Positions 49,250 to 58,935 of a stretch of 64,000 nucleotides of DNA are shown here, in pieces (positions within the stretch are counted from its first letter, which is position 1; each line of letters starts with the position of its first letter). The notes beneath the pieces are model-generated. The model was not told the DNA's origin. It saw only the letters and a list, made by a program, of their open reading frames with translations, and did no database searches. The stretch comes from an uncultured Gemmatimonadaceae bacterium (GTDB lineage: Bacteria; Gemmatimonadota; Gemmatimonadetes; Gemmatimonadales; Gemmatimonadaceae): positions 155,973 through 219,972 of the forward strand of contig CAWFQK010000009.1 in assembly GCA_963817955.1 (NCBI GenBank). The letters run 5' to 3'. A program made the position numbers and the translations under genes.

Positions 49250-51623
49250 TCAGATCGTCGAGCGGCCCAAGCGGAAGGGCAAGTTGGCAGGGTGGAAGCT
49301 GATCAGCAGCGTTATCCATCCCGCATTGTAAGGATGGTAGTTGTCGCCGAGGAAATGGTATTGGCCGGTGTTCGTTCCCGCGATCTGTCCGATCGTTCCT
49401 GGCAGATCTCCCGAGAACGACGTGATGGGGGTGCCGGAAGCGAGGCCGTTCGACGTGAACAGCGGGGCGCTCGTACGGAAGTCCGTCTGATCGTACTTCT
49501 CATACTGGTAGCGGAAGGTCATCGCCCAATCGGCCGAGTACCGGTAGTGCAGGGCCAGCGAGATCGGCACCAGCTTGGACGATACCACCGGCCAGTTCTC
49601 GGCCGTTGCGTTGAGGATGTTCGTCGCGGTTCCGCCAGCCGGAGCCACCGGATTGACATTCAACATATGGAAGCTGCCATCTATGACCGACACGCTCCCG
49701 ATAAATGAGAGCTTGTCCGGGATGAGCGCCGCGGTCACGCTGGCATAGGTCGTCGTGTTCCTGTCCTGGTTCGTGCTGGTCCAGTTGTAGGTCGGGTTGT
49801 TGTCCGTCACCGATCCGACCGCGCCCGTCCGGAAGCGGCTGTTGAGGACGTTGTCGTCGCTCTCGTGCGTGTACCCGATGCTGGCGGTGAATCCCGCCAG
49901 CGGGGTGAAGTCCACATCGACACCCGCCATCTTGTTCTTGTCGCTCTGGGTGCCGTACACGGAGTTCGGGTACTCGTCGTTGCCGGTCTCGAAGTTGAGT
50001 CCGATGGTGAGCTGACTGATCGGCGTCACCGATGCCATGAGGTTGGTGCGTGTGCGATTACGGTTCGCCAGGTCGAAGCGGCGGAAGTCGGTGATCTCAG
50101 TGGCGGCAGTCGTGTATACATCGTTGCTGCGCCGCTGGCCCGACAAATAACTGCCTCGCAGCGACAGCCACTCGAGTCCGTTGTAATCGAGGCTCACCTT
50201 CGGAGTTTTCTCGCTGGTCGTGCCGACGTTGTCCCGCACCGCCGCATTCTTATCGTAAAACAGCCCGGCACCAGCTTGATTGTCACGCTTCCATTCTTCC
50301 GTTCCGTAGCCCGCTGTCAACGCAAGCGCGTACGCCAATTGGTAACTCGCGCTGATGTCGGAGTTGGTCTTCTTGAACGGAAGCGGGAACCATAGCTTCC
50401 GAGTCGCTCAGCGCGATGGGACCCCGTCGCTGACGACCATGGCGCGAAGCTTGAACGCCGGTGTCTGGGTGCTGTAGTCATAGTTCCTGAAGCGTCCTGC
50501 CAGCGTCAGCTTGTCGATCGGATGACTGGTCGCCGTGAAGTTGACGGTCGTCGTACGCGACTGTCCATTGAGGCTTGCGCGCGGGAGCGTCGAGACGAGC
50601 GGAAAGTTCGGATCGCTCGCGAGGGCGTGCGTTGTTCGTCTGCGGCAAGAACGCATCGTTCTGCGTTGCCCACGAGGCGTTGACGGCACCCGTGACCCGC
50701 GTACGCAGCGGAAACAGGACCGCGCCAACGACGCTGCCCATCTGCGCCGAGTTGTTCGGTGCGAGCGATACGCGCGACGTCGCGGCGCTGCTCGTTGTAC
50801 TCACGGCCGTTTGCGGGTTGTCCACCAGGGCGGACGTGATGGCGTTCTGGAACTTGGAGTAGCCGTACGACGCCATCACCTGCCAATTCTTGAGGAACGA
50901 CTCTGCACGCGGCGCGCCGGAGGCGTAACTCTGCGAGATCGTGAAGTCGTGCATGGTCTGGTCGATCGGCGCGACGAACTCGCGCTGTGGCCCGCTGGAT
51001 CCCGCAAAGCTCATCGAAAGCGGAATCCCGCCGCTCTTGCCAATGCGGGTGTAGTCCGTCTTGAAGTCGAGCTTTTCGGACGGCGTGAGCCCAAGCGAGG
51101 CCTTGACGGGATCCCATTGCTGCATCACTGCGCCGATGTATGGCGCATTCCGCCACGCGTTCGAGTCAGGACGGGGATTATTGGGTAGCGTGTTGAACCC
51201 CATGGGGTTGTTTTCGACGCCTGGTGAACGGGCTGTCGTGGAGTACGTATGGAGGATGCGGTCCCAGTCGATCCGGAAGTCGTAGTCCCCGGGGCGCTTC
51301 GCCAGCAGATTCACGCTCTGGTCGCGGTCGAAGAGCCGGCGCCCAGTAAGGCTGTACTGACCCATACTGTCGCGCGGCGTGAACGCCACCCGCACTTGCT
51401 CAAATACGGGCGACACAGTCTGGCCGGCGCGAAGGTCCCGATACTCCTGAAACTTTCCGATTGCCAGTGAGTCGACCTTCTTCGTGTAGACCCGCGCGCC
51501 GATCTCGCCGGCGACGGTGACACCGCCTGTCTGAGTGCTTTGGGCCAGTGCCGCGGGCGGTGTACTGAACGCCAGCAAGATGCCGGCGCCCACGCACGCG
51601 GAGCTGACTGCTTTTATACGCAT
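49250..51623 (-). CDS. mtrB: MtrB/PioB-family outer-membrane beta-barrel, interrupted by small indels
   Basis: Directly downstream of decaheme gene; CAGGAG RBS + ATG 51623; signal peptide; KFQEYRDL, PIDQTMHD, SLAPNNSAQ, RRFDLANRNR. Breaks at ~50628 and ~50385-50425; repaired length ~790 aa. Confidence 0.82.
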
Positions 51624-51648
51624 ATGTCGTCTCCTGTTGCGAAATGAG

Positions 51649-52554
51649 CTACCGGGTAAAGAACGCACCGGCTGGGTGGTTTGAACCGTGAATGTTCAGG
51701 TGGCAATTGGAGCATGCCTTGTTGTACACGAACCGGACGGCAGCGGCGTCGGTGGGCTTCGCGAGCGTCCCGCCGTGCGCCGTGGGATGGCACTGTTGGC
51801 AGAGCCTTGGCCGCGACAGCTTGAGCAGCTTTTCCTTGTTGCTGCCGTGCGGATCATGGCAATTGGCGCAGTTTTCGACGACGGGCGAATGCTCCCAGAG
51901 GAACGGGCCACGCTTTTCCGCATGGCAGCGGTAGCAGGTCGCGTTCACCGAGCTCGCCAACAGCAGCTTGTCGTTGACGGAGCCGTGCGGATTGTGGCAG
52001 CTCGTGCATTCCATCTTGTTCTCGCCTACGGGCATGTGCGACGAGCGCGTCATTTGCGCCTGCTTTTGCGCGTGACACTTGCCGCAGGTCTCGATGACGG
52101 TTTGCTGCTTGAGGTTGCCGCGCTCCGACGCCGCGAGCATGACGGTGTGGCAGTCGGTGCATGCAACGTTGCGGGATTCGTGCGTGCTCCCCTTCCACAA
52201 CATGCGAGCGGTTTTCTCGTGGCAGTTGAGGCAGGTTGCGTTGCGTACGGCAACCGGCGTCTTGGTCTTGCGGCTGAATGCAACCGGCGGAGCTTCCTCG
52301 CCGCCCGAATCCGCGTGCTTCTTGCTGGGGCCGTGGCACGACTCGCAGCCGTGCTTTCCGAATTCAAGCGGGCCGTTGTCGATCATGAGTTTCCCCATCG
52401 ACGTCCCGGCAAACCGCTGCACCGATTGCCTATGGCATTCGATGCACGAGGCACTGCCGGCGTAGCCTGGCTGCTGCTGTCCGCTCGCCGCGTGCGGCGC
52501 AAAGAACAGCGCCATCGCGACGGGGAGCCACCGCAGGTATCGCATGTGTCGCAT
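51649..52554 (-). CDS. mtrA: DmsE/MtrA/MtoA-family decaheme cytochrome c
   Basis: 10 CxxCH counted; HAEKRGPFLWEH, CHDPHGS, IHGSNHP; signal peptide. Confidence 0.92.
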   Translation of the reverse strand: MRHMRYLRWLPVAMALFFAPHAASGQQQPGYAGSASCIECHRQSVQRFAGTSMGKLMIDNGPLEFGKHGCESCHGPSKKHADSGGEEAPPVAFSRKTKTPVAVRNATCLNCHEKTARMLWKGSTHESRNVACTDCHTVMLAASERGNLKQQTVIETCGKCHAQKQAQMTRSSHMPVGENKMECTSCHNPHGSVNDKLLLASSVNATCYRCHAEKRGPFLWEHSPVVENCANCHDPHGSNKEKLLKLSRPRLCQQCHPTAHGGTLAKPTDAAAVRFVYNKACSNCHLNIHGSNHPAGAFFTR

Positions 52555-52894
52555 CGTTGATGAATCCTCTGCCGACCCGCGACCGGGCGGCGCTCAGGGT
52601 GTTATCGCTGTACCGAATCCAACGAAGGGCATGATGAGCGGCTCGGCACCCCTACAACTGCTCCGCAATTCGGCCGAGGAACTGGGCGCGCGAATGGCGA
52701 GGGCGTCTCAAGCGAGATGTCATAGCCACCGAGTGGGAGCGGTGGCATCTTGACCTTTCAGTCGTGGCGGGAATGAATCGCAAACGGCCTACACGGTCTA
52801 TCAGGAATTCCCCGCCGGCACGTCAGGGAATGCCCCAGTCCGCTTGGTGATGTCACCTACGATGACAGGGACTTACGAAGTCCGGCGCACCAGA

Positions 52895-53410
52895 TCACAT
52901 CACCGACGTCATCTCCATCTCGAACACGAGCACCGCGTTCGGCGGAATCTCGCCGGCGCCGCTGGAGCCGTACGCGAGGCTTGGCGGAACGACCAGCCGT
53001 CGCCGGCCGCCAACGCGCATCCCGAGCAGGCCGTCCTCCCAGGCGCGAATCGTCTTGTTTGATCCGAGGGTGACCGTAATCTCGCCAGAGTCGAACTGCT
53101 TCCCATTCGGCAGCCATCCTTCGTACTTCACCACGACGGTGCGGCCGCGCGTTGCAACCGCGCCGGTGCCGGTCGCCAAATCCTGCACGTAGAGCCCCGA
53201 CGCGCGCCGCGTCATCTGATCGAGATGGACGCCAAGCGACGGGTCAAAGGTGATCCGCTCAATGTCGCCGGCGATTGGCTGGGGCACTGCCATGGATGAC
53301 GCCGGCGTGCCGGGTGGGTTCGTCGCTGCGCAGCCCAGCGCGGCGCAAAGGGCGGCGAACCGAGCGTAGCGCGACGAATACAGCATCCATTGGGCGATCG
53401 ATTTCGTCAT
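52895..53410 (-). CDS. FKBP-type peptidyl-prolyl isomerase (lipoprotein)
   Basis: ALGC lipobox, YEGWLPNGKQFDS, GMRVGGRRRLVVPPSLAYG, IPPNAVLVFE. Confidence 0.92.
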   Translation of the reverse strand: MTKSIAQWMLYSSRYARFAALCAALGCAATNPPGTPASSMAVPQPIAGDIERITFDPSLGVHLDQMTRRASGLYVQDLATGTGAVATRGRTVVVKYEGWLPNGKQFDSGEITVTLGSNKTIRAWEDGLLGMRVGGRRRLVVPPSLAYGSSGAGEIPPNAVLVFEMEMTSVM

Positions 53411-53551
53411 GCGTGAATGTCACGCTTTCCGCGCTCCAGGGCAAACGAAGCTTCATTGGGTCCTTAGTTTCGCAGTTGCGAACCGATCAGCAATGCGTCA
53501 TATCTGAGCCGTTCGGTCATCTTGTCCCTTCTCTGACTTGCCCTGAAAGCT

Positions 53552-55117
53552 GTGTCCGAGGCACCAGCAACATCCGCCCGACATCGTCCTTCGAAGCCGA
53601 TTCCGCGAACGCTGACTGCGATCGCGGAGATCGCCGCTTCACTGGCCACCGGAGATTCGGTTGGTGCAGTGATGCCAGGCATTCTCGCGTCCGTCGCGAG
53701 CGAACTGGACGGCGCTCAGGCAACGCTCTGGCTACGCGGCCTCGACGGCCTGCGCCGCGCCTGGTCGGTGGCGAGCGACAACACCCCGGCCGCTGAAGTC
53801 GAGAAGCAACTCCGTTCAGAGGATGGGTCGGGGGCGGCCGGATTCCTCGTCGCCCGGCTGTTTACCGGCCGTCAGGAATTGGGCGCGATCTCGGTTCGGC
53901 CGGGGCGCGACCTGTCGGGCGAGGATGAGCTCTTTCTTTCGGCCGTCGCCGACCTGCTCGCTCCTGCGCTACGCGATGCCGAATACGCGCACCGGTTGGA
54001 GTCGGAAGTCGCGGCGCGCACGCGCGAGATCGACGAACAGCGGCGGTTCACCGAAAAGATCATCGACTCGCTCCCGGTCGGTTTGTACGTGATCGACCGT
54101 GCGTACCGCATTCAGGCCTGGAATCGCAAGCGCGAAACGGGCCTCCAGGGCGTGTCGCGCGACGAGGCCATGGGGCGCACGATCTTCGAGATCCTGCATC
54201 GCCAGCCCGCCGAACTGCTGCGCAGTGAGTTCGAGAGCGTCTTCGAGAGCGGGGAAATGCAGCAGTTCCACATCGAGTCGACGGCATTCGGCGAGGCGCG
54301 CAAGTACCGCATCAGCAAGATCCCGATGCATGTCGATGACCGCGAAGTATCGCATGTCATCACGATCGGCGAAGACATCACGGAATGGCGTCAGGCCGAG
54401 GAACGGTTTGCGCAGGCGGAGAAACTCGCGGCGATCGGCACGCTCGCCGCGGGGGTCATGCACGAGATCAACAACCCGTTGGCGACGATCGGTGCTTGTG
54501 CGGAGAGTCTCGCGTTGGGCCTCGACGAAGGCACACTCGACCCGCAGACGGACCGAGCGGAGCTGAACGATTCGCTGGCGCTCATCCAGCAAGAGGTGCA
54601 TCGCTGCAAGGGGATCATCGACGGACTGCTCGACTTCAGCCGGCCAAAATCGTCGGCGAAAGTGCTTGTCGACCTGAACCTGGTCATCGAGAAGACACTC
54701 AAGCTGGTCAAACACCATCCGCGCTTCCGTCGCGCCGTGGTTGGCGTCGAGGCAGCGCACCCGCTGCAAGCCGTGTTGGCGAACGAGGAGCAGATGGTCC
54801 AGGTGTTCATGGCGCTGCTGCTCAACGCCCTCGACGCGATGGAGGACACGGGTATCATCACGCTGCGCACTCGGAGTGACGACAAGACGGAGATGACGAT
54901 CGCCGAGGTGGTGGATTGCGGGCACGGCATCCGCAGTGCGGAACGTTCGAAGATCTTTGAACCGTTTTATACCACCAAGCCTGCTCGCGGCGGCATGGGG
55001 CTGGGGTTGTCGATCTGCTACGCGATCGTCACAGAGCACGGCGGTCGCATCGAGGTGGACAGCATCGTCGGCGAGGGAAGTATCTTTCGTATCTTGTTGC
55101 CGGTGGGTGGGGCGTGA
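53552..55117 (+). CDS. Cytoplasmic GAF/PAS sensor histidine kinase (NtrB-like)
   Basis: AGVMHEINNPL, LLNALDAM, FEPFYTTK, GMGLGLS. Confidence 0.9.
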   Translation: MSEAPATSARHRPSKPIPRTLTAIAEIAASLATGDSVGAVMPGILASVASELDGAQATLWLRGLDGLRRAWSVASDNTPAAEVEKQLRSEDGSGAAGFLVARLFTGRQELGAISVRPGRDLSGEDELFLSAVADLLAPALRDAEYAHRLESEVAARTREIDEQRRFTEKIIDSLPVGLYVIDRAYRIQAWNRKRETGLQGVSRDEAMGRTIFEILHRQPAELLRSEFESVFESGEMQQFHIESTAFGEARKYRISKIPMHVDDREVSHVITIGEDITEWRQAEERFAQAEKLAAIGTLAAGVMHEINNPLATIGACAESLALGLDEGTLDPQTDRAELNDSLALIQQEVHRCKGIIDGLLDFSRPKSSAKVLVDLNLVIEKTLKLVKHHPRFRRAVVGVEAAHPLQAVLANEEQMVQVFMALLLNALDAMEDTGIITLRTRSDDKTEMTIAEVVDCGHGIRSAERSKIFEPFYTTKPARGGMGLGLSICYAIVTEHGGRIEVDSIVGEGSIFRILLPVGGA

Positions 55118-56484
55118 GCGCCGACACGGCGGCAGGACGGATTCGCGTTCTCGTCGCCGAGGACGAAGAGAATCTCGCCCAGATTCTCTGCACGTTCCTG
55201 CGCGGCCGCGGGCACCACGTCGTCTATGTTAGCGACGGAAAGGCCGCCGTACAGGCAGTACGAGACGAGGCGTTCGATGTCGCGCTCGTCGATATCGTGA
55301 TGCCGGAGATGGACGGTCTGGAGGCGCTCCGCTATCTGCGCGCCGAGCCGGATCCGCCGGAAGTCATCATCATCACCGGCAATGGCACCGTCGAGACGGC
55401 GATCACCGCAATGAAGCTGGGCGCCTACGACTACATGGCGAAACCGTACCGCATGGCGGAGATCGACGTCCTGGTGCGGCGTGCGTGGGAGAAGCATCAG
55501 CTCGCGCGCGAGAACCGGTATCTCCAGGCGCGTCTGTCGCGCGTCGACGCAACGCCGGAAGTCATTACGCAATACGCGCCAATGCACGCCGTGCTGACGC
55601 TCCTCGAGCGAGTGGCGACGACGGATTCCCCTGTGTTGATCACCGGTGAATCCGGCACCGGCAAGACCCTGTTGGCGCGCGCCATTCATCGTCTCTCGGG
55701 CCGCGTCGGTCCCATGGTGGAAGGCGATAGCACGGTGCTCGCCGAGAGCGTGCTGGACGTCGAGTTGTTCGGCCACGAGCGCGGCGCGTTCAGCGGCGCG
55801 GTGGCCCGGAAGGCAGGACTCATCGAGCTCGCCGCCAACGGCACGCTGTTCATTGATGAGGTCAGTGTGCTCAGCGCCAAGATGCAATCCAAGCTTTCGC
55901 GCACCTTTGAACACGGGAGCTTCTTCCGGGTCGGCGGCACGCAGAAGGTCGAGGTCGCGGTGCGGCTGGTGACGTCGAGCAATCACGATCTCGAGGCGGC
56001 AGTGCGCGATGGCCGGTTCCGGGACGATCTGCTGTACCGCCTGAACACCGTGACAGTGTCCTTGCCACCGCTCCGCGAACGCTCGGTGGACATTCCACTG
56101 CTCGCGCAGCACTTCCTCACGCAACTCGCCGGCGCGGCGGCGCCGGTCCTGACCCCGGACGCGATCTCCTTGATGCAGGAGTACACCTGGCCGGGGAACA
56201 TTCGCGAGCTGCGCAACGTGATCGAGCGCGTCGTGCTCCTGTCGCGCGGCGGCAGTCACGAAATTCGCGCTCAGGACCTGCCGCTTGCTCTGGCGCCGTC
56301 GCTCGCTCGCGTCGCCGTCGGATCGAAAATGACGCTCGAAGAACTCGAACGCCAGCATATCGAGGCCGTGCTCGCGCAGACCAATTGGCATCAGGGCCTC
56401 GCGTCGAAGATGCTTGGGATCTCGTCAAAGACGCTGTACAGAAAGATTCGGGAATATGACTTTCATCGGCCGGCAAAGGGCTGA
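55114..56484 (+). CDS. NtrC-like response regulator (REC-AAA+-Fis HTH)
   Basis: DIVMPEMDG, GESGTGKT, ELFGHERGAFSGA, LFIDEV, WPGNIREL, LGISSKTLYRK. Confidence 0.9.
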   Translation: MSADTAAGRIRVLVAEDEENLAQILCTFLRGRGHHVVYVSDGKAAVQAVRDEAFDVALVDIVMPEMDGLEALRYLRAEPDPPEVIIITGNGTVETAITAMKLGAYDYMAKPYRMAEIDVLVRRAWEKHQLARENRYLQARLSRVDATPEVITQYAPMHAVLTLLERVATTDSPVLITGESGTGKTLLARAIHRLSGRVGPMVEGDSTVLAESVLDVELFGHERGAFSGAVARKAGLIELAANGTLFIDEVSVLSAKMQSKLSRTFEHGSFFRVGGTQKVEVAVRLVTSSNHDLEAAVRDGRFRDDLLYRLNTVTVSLPPLRERSVDIPLLAQHFLTQLAGAAAPVLTPDAISLMQEYTWPGNIRELRNVIERVVLLSRGGSHEIRAQDLPLALAPSLARVAVGSKMTLEELERQHIEAVLAQTNWHQGLASKMLGISSKTLYRKIREYDFHRPAKG

Positions 56485-56550
56485 CCATTCGGATCTCGCA
56501 TCCACCGCCTCCGTCTGCCGTTGCCGGCTCTTGACTGGTAGTTTCTCCCC

Positions 56551-57240
56551 ATGCGCATCCTGGTAATCGAAGACGATCCTACGGTCGGGCAGTACGTCAA
56601 GCGCGGGCTCGAGGAGCAACGCTGGTCGGTGGATCTCATCGTCGACGGCGAAGAGGGGGAGCGGCGCGCCGGATCCGAGGCGTATGACGTGATCATCCTC
56701 GATATGCGCCTGCCCGGTAAGTCCGGACTTGATGTGCTCCATTCGCTGCGCGCGCGCGGGTTCGAGCGACCGGTGCTCGTACTCACGGCGCAAGATGCAG
56801 TGGATGCCAAGGTCACCGCGTTGCGCGCCGGTGCCGACGACTACGTCACGAAACCGTTCGCCTTCGAGGAACTGCTGGCGCGCGTCGAAGCATTGGCTCG
56901 GCGCCCGCGCGCCATTGCGTCACCCACACTGACCGTCGGAGATCTGGTCATCGATCAGTCCACTCGGCAGGTGACGCGCGACGGCGAGCTAATCGATTTG
57001 ACGCCGAAAGAGTACACCGTTCTCGAGTACCTCGTGCGACACGCCGGGCGCGTGATGAGCCGCACGTTGATCACCGAATACGCGTGGGGCTATCACTTCG
57101 ATCCGGGCACGAACATCGTCGATGTCGTGATCAACCATCTCCGGAAGAAAGTGGACTCCAAGCGTCAGCAGCGCCTGATCAGCACCGTGCGTGGCGTCGG
57201 ATATATGATCAAGGACTCGCCGCCAGATTCCCGGCACTAG
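56551..57240 (+). CDS. OmpR/CusR-family response regulator
   Basis: ILDMRLPG, GADDYVTKPF, LTPKE, TVRGVGY. Confidence 0.93.
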   Translation: MRILVIEDDPTVGQYVKRGLEEQRWSVDLIVDGEEGERRAGSEAYDVIILDMRLPGKSGLDVLHSLRARGFERPVLVLTAQDAVDAKVTALRAGADDYVTKPFAFEELLARVEALARRPRAIASPTLTVGDLVIDQSTRQVTRDGELIDLTPKEYTVLEYLVRHAGRVMSRTLITEYAWGYHFDPGTNIVDVVINHLRKKVDSKRQQRLISTVRGVGYMIKDSPPDSRH

Positions 57241-57269
57241 TCCAGAGCGCTTCGGAACAGAGCTACCCG

Positions 57270-58793
57270 ATGTCCACTCGCGCACGGTTGACCTTGTCCT
57301 ACGCCGTCATCCTCCTCGGGACGATGGTGGCGTTTGGGGTGGCCCTATGGACCGCCCGCTCGAAGCAGGCGACGCAGCAGCTCGTGGCGCGGGAAGCGTT
57401 TCGCGTTGCGGATAATGTGCTCTTCACCATGCAGAGCGCGCAGCTCGAGTCGCAGCGCCTGACGTGGGTCGACACGACGGACCCGAAAGCGCCGGTGATC
57501 AAGACGACCCGTCAGTTGATCGACATACTGGATCCGCTTCCCGGGTACTTCATGGTACTCGACGAATCGGGACGCGTCCTGTACTCGTCGGCGCTGACGC
57601 GCCTGTTGTCCGGCGACGACCAAACGACGCTGCTAACGTATGCGTTGCGCCTGACGGGGGAAAACGCCGGTGCGATCGTACCGGTGCGGGGCGACTCGCT
57701 GCACCTGCTTGCCGTGGCTCGGCGGGCCGGGCCGGAGTACGTGGCGGTCGGGCCGAATATTTCCCGCGTCATCGCCGCGCTTCCGACGAGCGTGGCCGAG
57801 CTGTCGGCGCAACTGCTGGTTGGCACCATGATCGTGCTCGCGCCAATCATCTTCCTCCTGTCGATGCTCGTTGCGTATCTCGTGGTCGGGAGCGCCTTTC
57901 GTCCGGTCGATCAGCTCATCAATGAGGTCGAGGCCATCACCGACGGGCGCAGTTTGCATCGTCGCCTCCCGACGGACACGAGCAACGATGAGCTGTCGCG
58001 ATTGAGTCATACCGTGAACGCCATGCTTGCGCGTCTCGAGGGTTCGTTCGCGGGATTGCGACGGTTCACCGCAGACGCGAGCCACGAGCTGAAGACCCCG
58101 CTCACCGTGCTACGCGCCGATGTCGAGCGCTCGATGCATCCAGCGACCAATCGCGGCGAACGGATGGTGGCCCTCGAGGAGGCGCTGCAGGAAACAGCGC
58201 GGATGTCAGATCTGGTGGACAGCTTGTTGACGCTGGCGCGGGCGGACGAAGGCCGCTTCGATCTGCACCGCACGCCGGTGGAGCTGGAACCGCTCGTGCG
58301 TGACGTCTACGAAACCGCCGTCATTCTCGGCGAGGACGCAGGGCTCACGCTGTCGATGCCCGTTCTCGAGAATGCGGTCGTGATGGGTGATCGTACGCGT
58401 CTCCGTCAACTGCTGCTCAACCTGGTCACGAACGCGATCAAGTACACGCCGCGCGGTGGTCGCGTGGAAATGACCGTGACGCGGAAGCCGCACGACGAGA
58501 TCGCGATCGCGGTGCGCGACACGGGCATTGGCATTTCAGCGAGCGATCTTCCCCACGTATTCGATCGGTTCTGGCGGGCCGACCGGGCGCGATCGCGCAC
58601 CTCTGAGCGGGGCGGATTCGGACTTGGGCTATCGATCTCGCAGTGGATTGCGCAAGCGCACGGCGGCAGTTTGACCGTTCAATCGCGGCTGGGTCGGGGC
58701 ACGGTATTCACCGTGACACTTCCGTTCGAGCGCGAGGAGCAGGAGGAAGGTTCGCCTTCGGCGGAGCATTCAGCCGACGCAACGGACGGCTGA
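57270..58793 (+). CDS. Membrane HAMP sensor histidine kinase
   Basis: 2 TM, HAMP, DASHELKTPL, NAIKYT, DTGIGI, GFGLGLS. Confidence 0.92.
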   Translation: MSTRARLTLSYAVILLGTMVAFGVALWTARSKQATQQLVAREAFRVADNVLFTMQSAQLESQRLTWVDTTDPKAPVIKTTRQLIDILDPLPGYFMVLDESGRVLYSSALTRLLSGDDQTTLLTYALRLTGENAGAIVPVRGDSLHLLAVARRAGPEYVAVGPNISRVIAALPTSVAELSAQLLVGTMIVLAPIIFLLSMLVAYLVVGSAFRPVDQLINEVEAITDGRSLHRRLPTDTSNDELSRLSHTVNAMLARLEGSFAGLRRFTADASHELKTPLTVLRADVERSMHPATNRGERMVALEEALQETARMSDLVDSLLTLARADEGRFDLHRTPVELEPLVRDVYETAVILGEDAGLTLSMPVLENAVVMGDRTRLRQLLLNLVTNAIKYTPRGGRVEMTVTRKPHDEIAIAVRDTGIGISASDLPHVFDRFWRADRARSRTSERGGFGLGLSISQWIAQAHGGSLTVQSRLGRGTVFTVTLPFEREEQEEGSPSAEHSADATDG

Positions 58794-58935
58794 TCTTCCG
58801 AAGCGAGAGTTCCGGATGGCATGACTTCACCAACTCTTAATCTTCCCGCTATTCCGCCGGAACTAGCGAGGGGTAGCTTATCCACCTGAGACAGTTCGCT
58901 CGTTCTTTTCCTGCACCCGATTAGGCCAGCGAGAC

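Noticed and set aside
50408..50410. In-frame TGA in mtrB as selenocysteine or programmed readthrough
   Set aside because: Three compensating homopolymer insertions explain it more simply; no Cys-equivalent context or evident SECIS.
48995..53000. Prophage or integrative element at tRNA-Ala
   Set aside because: No integrase, phage genes or att duplication found.
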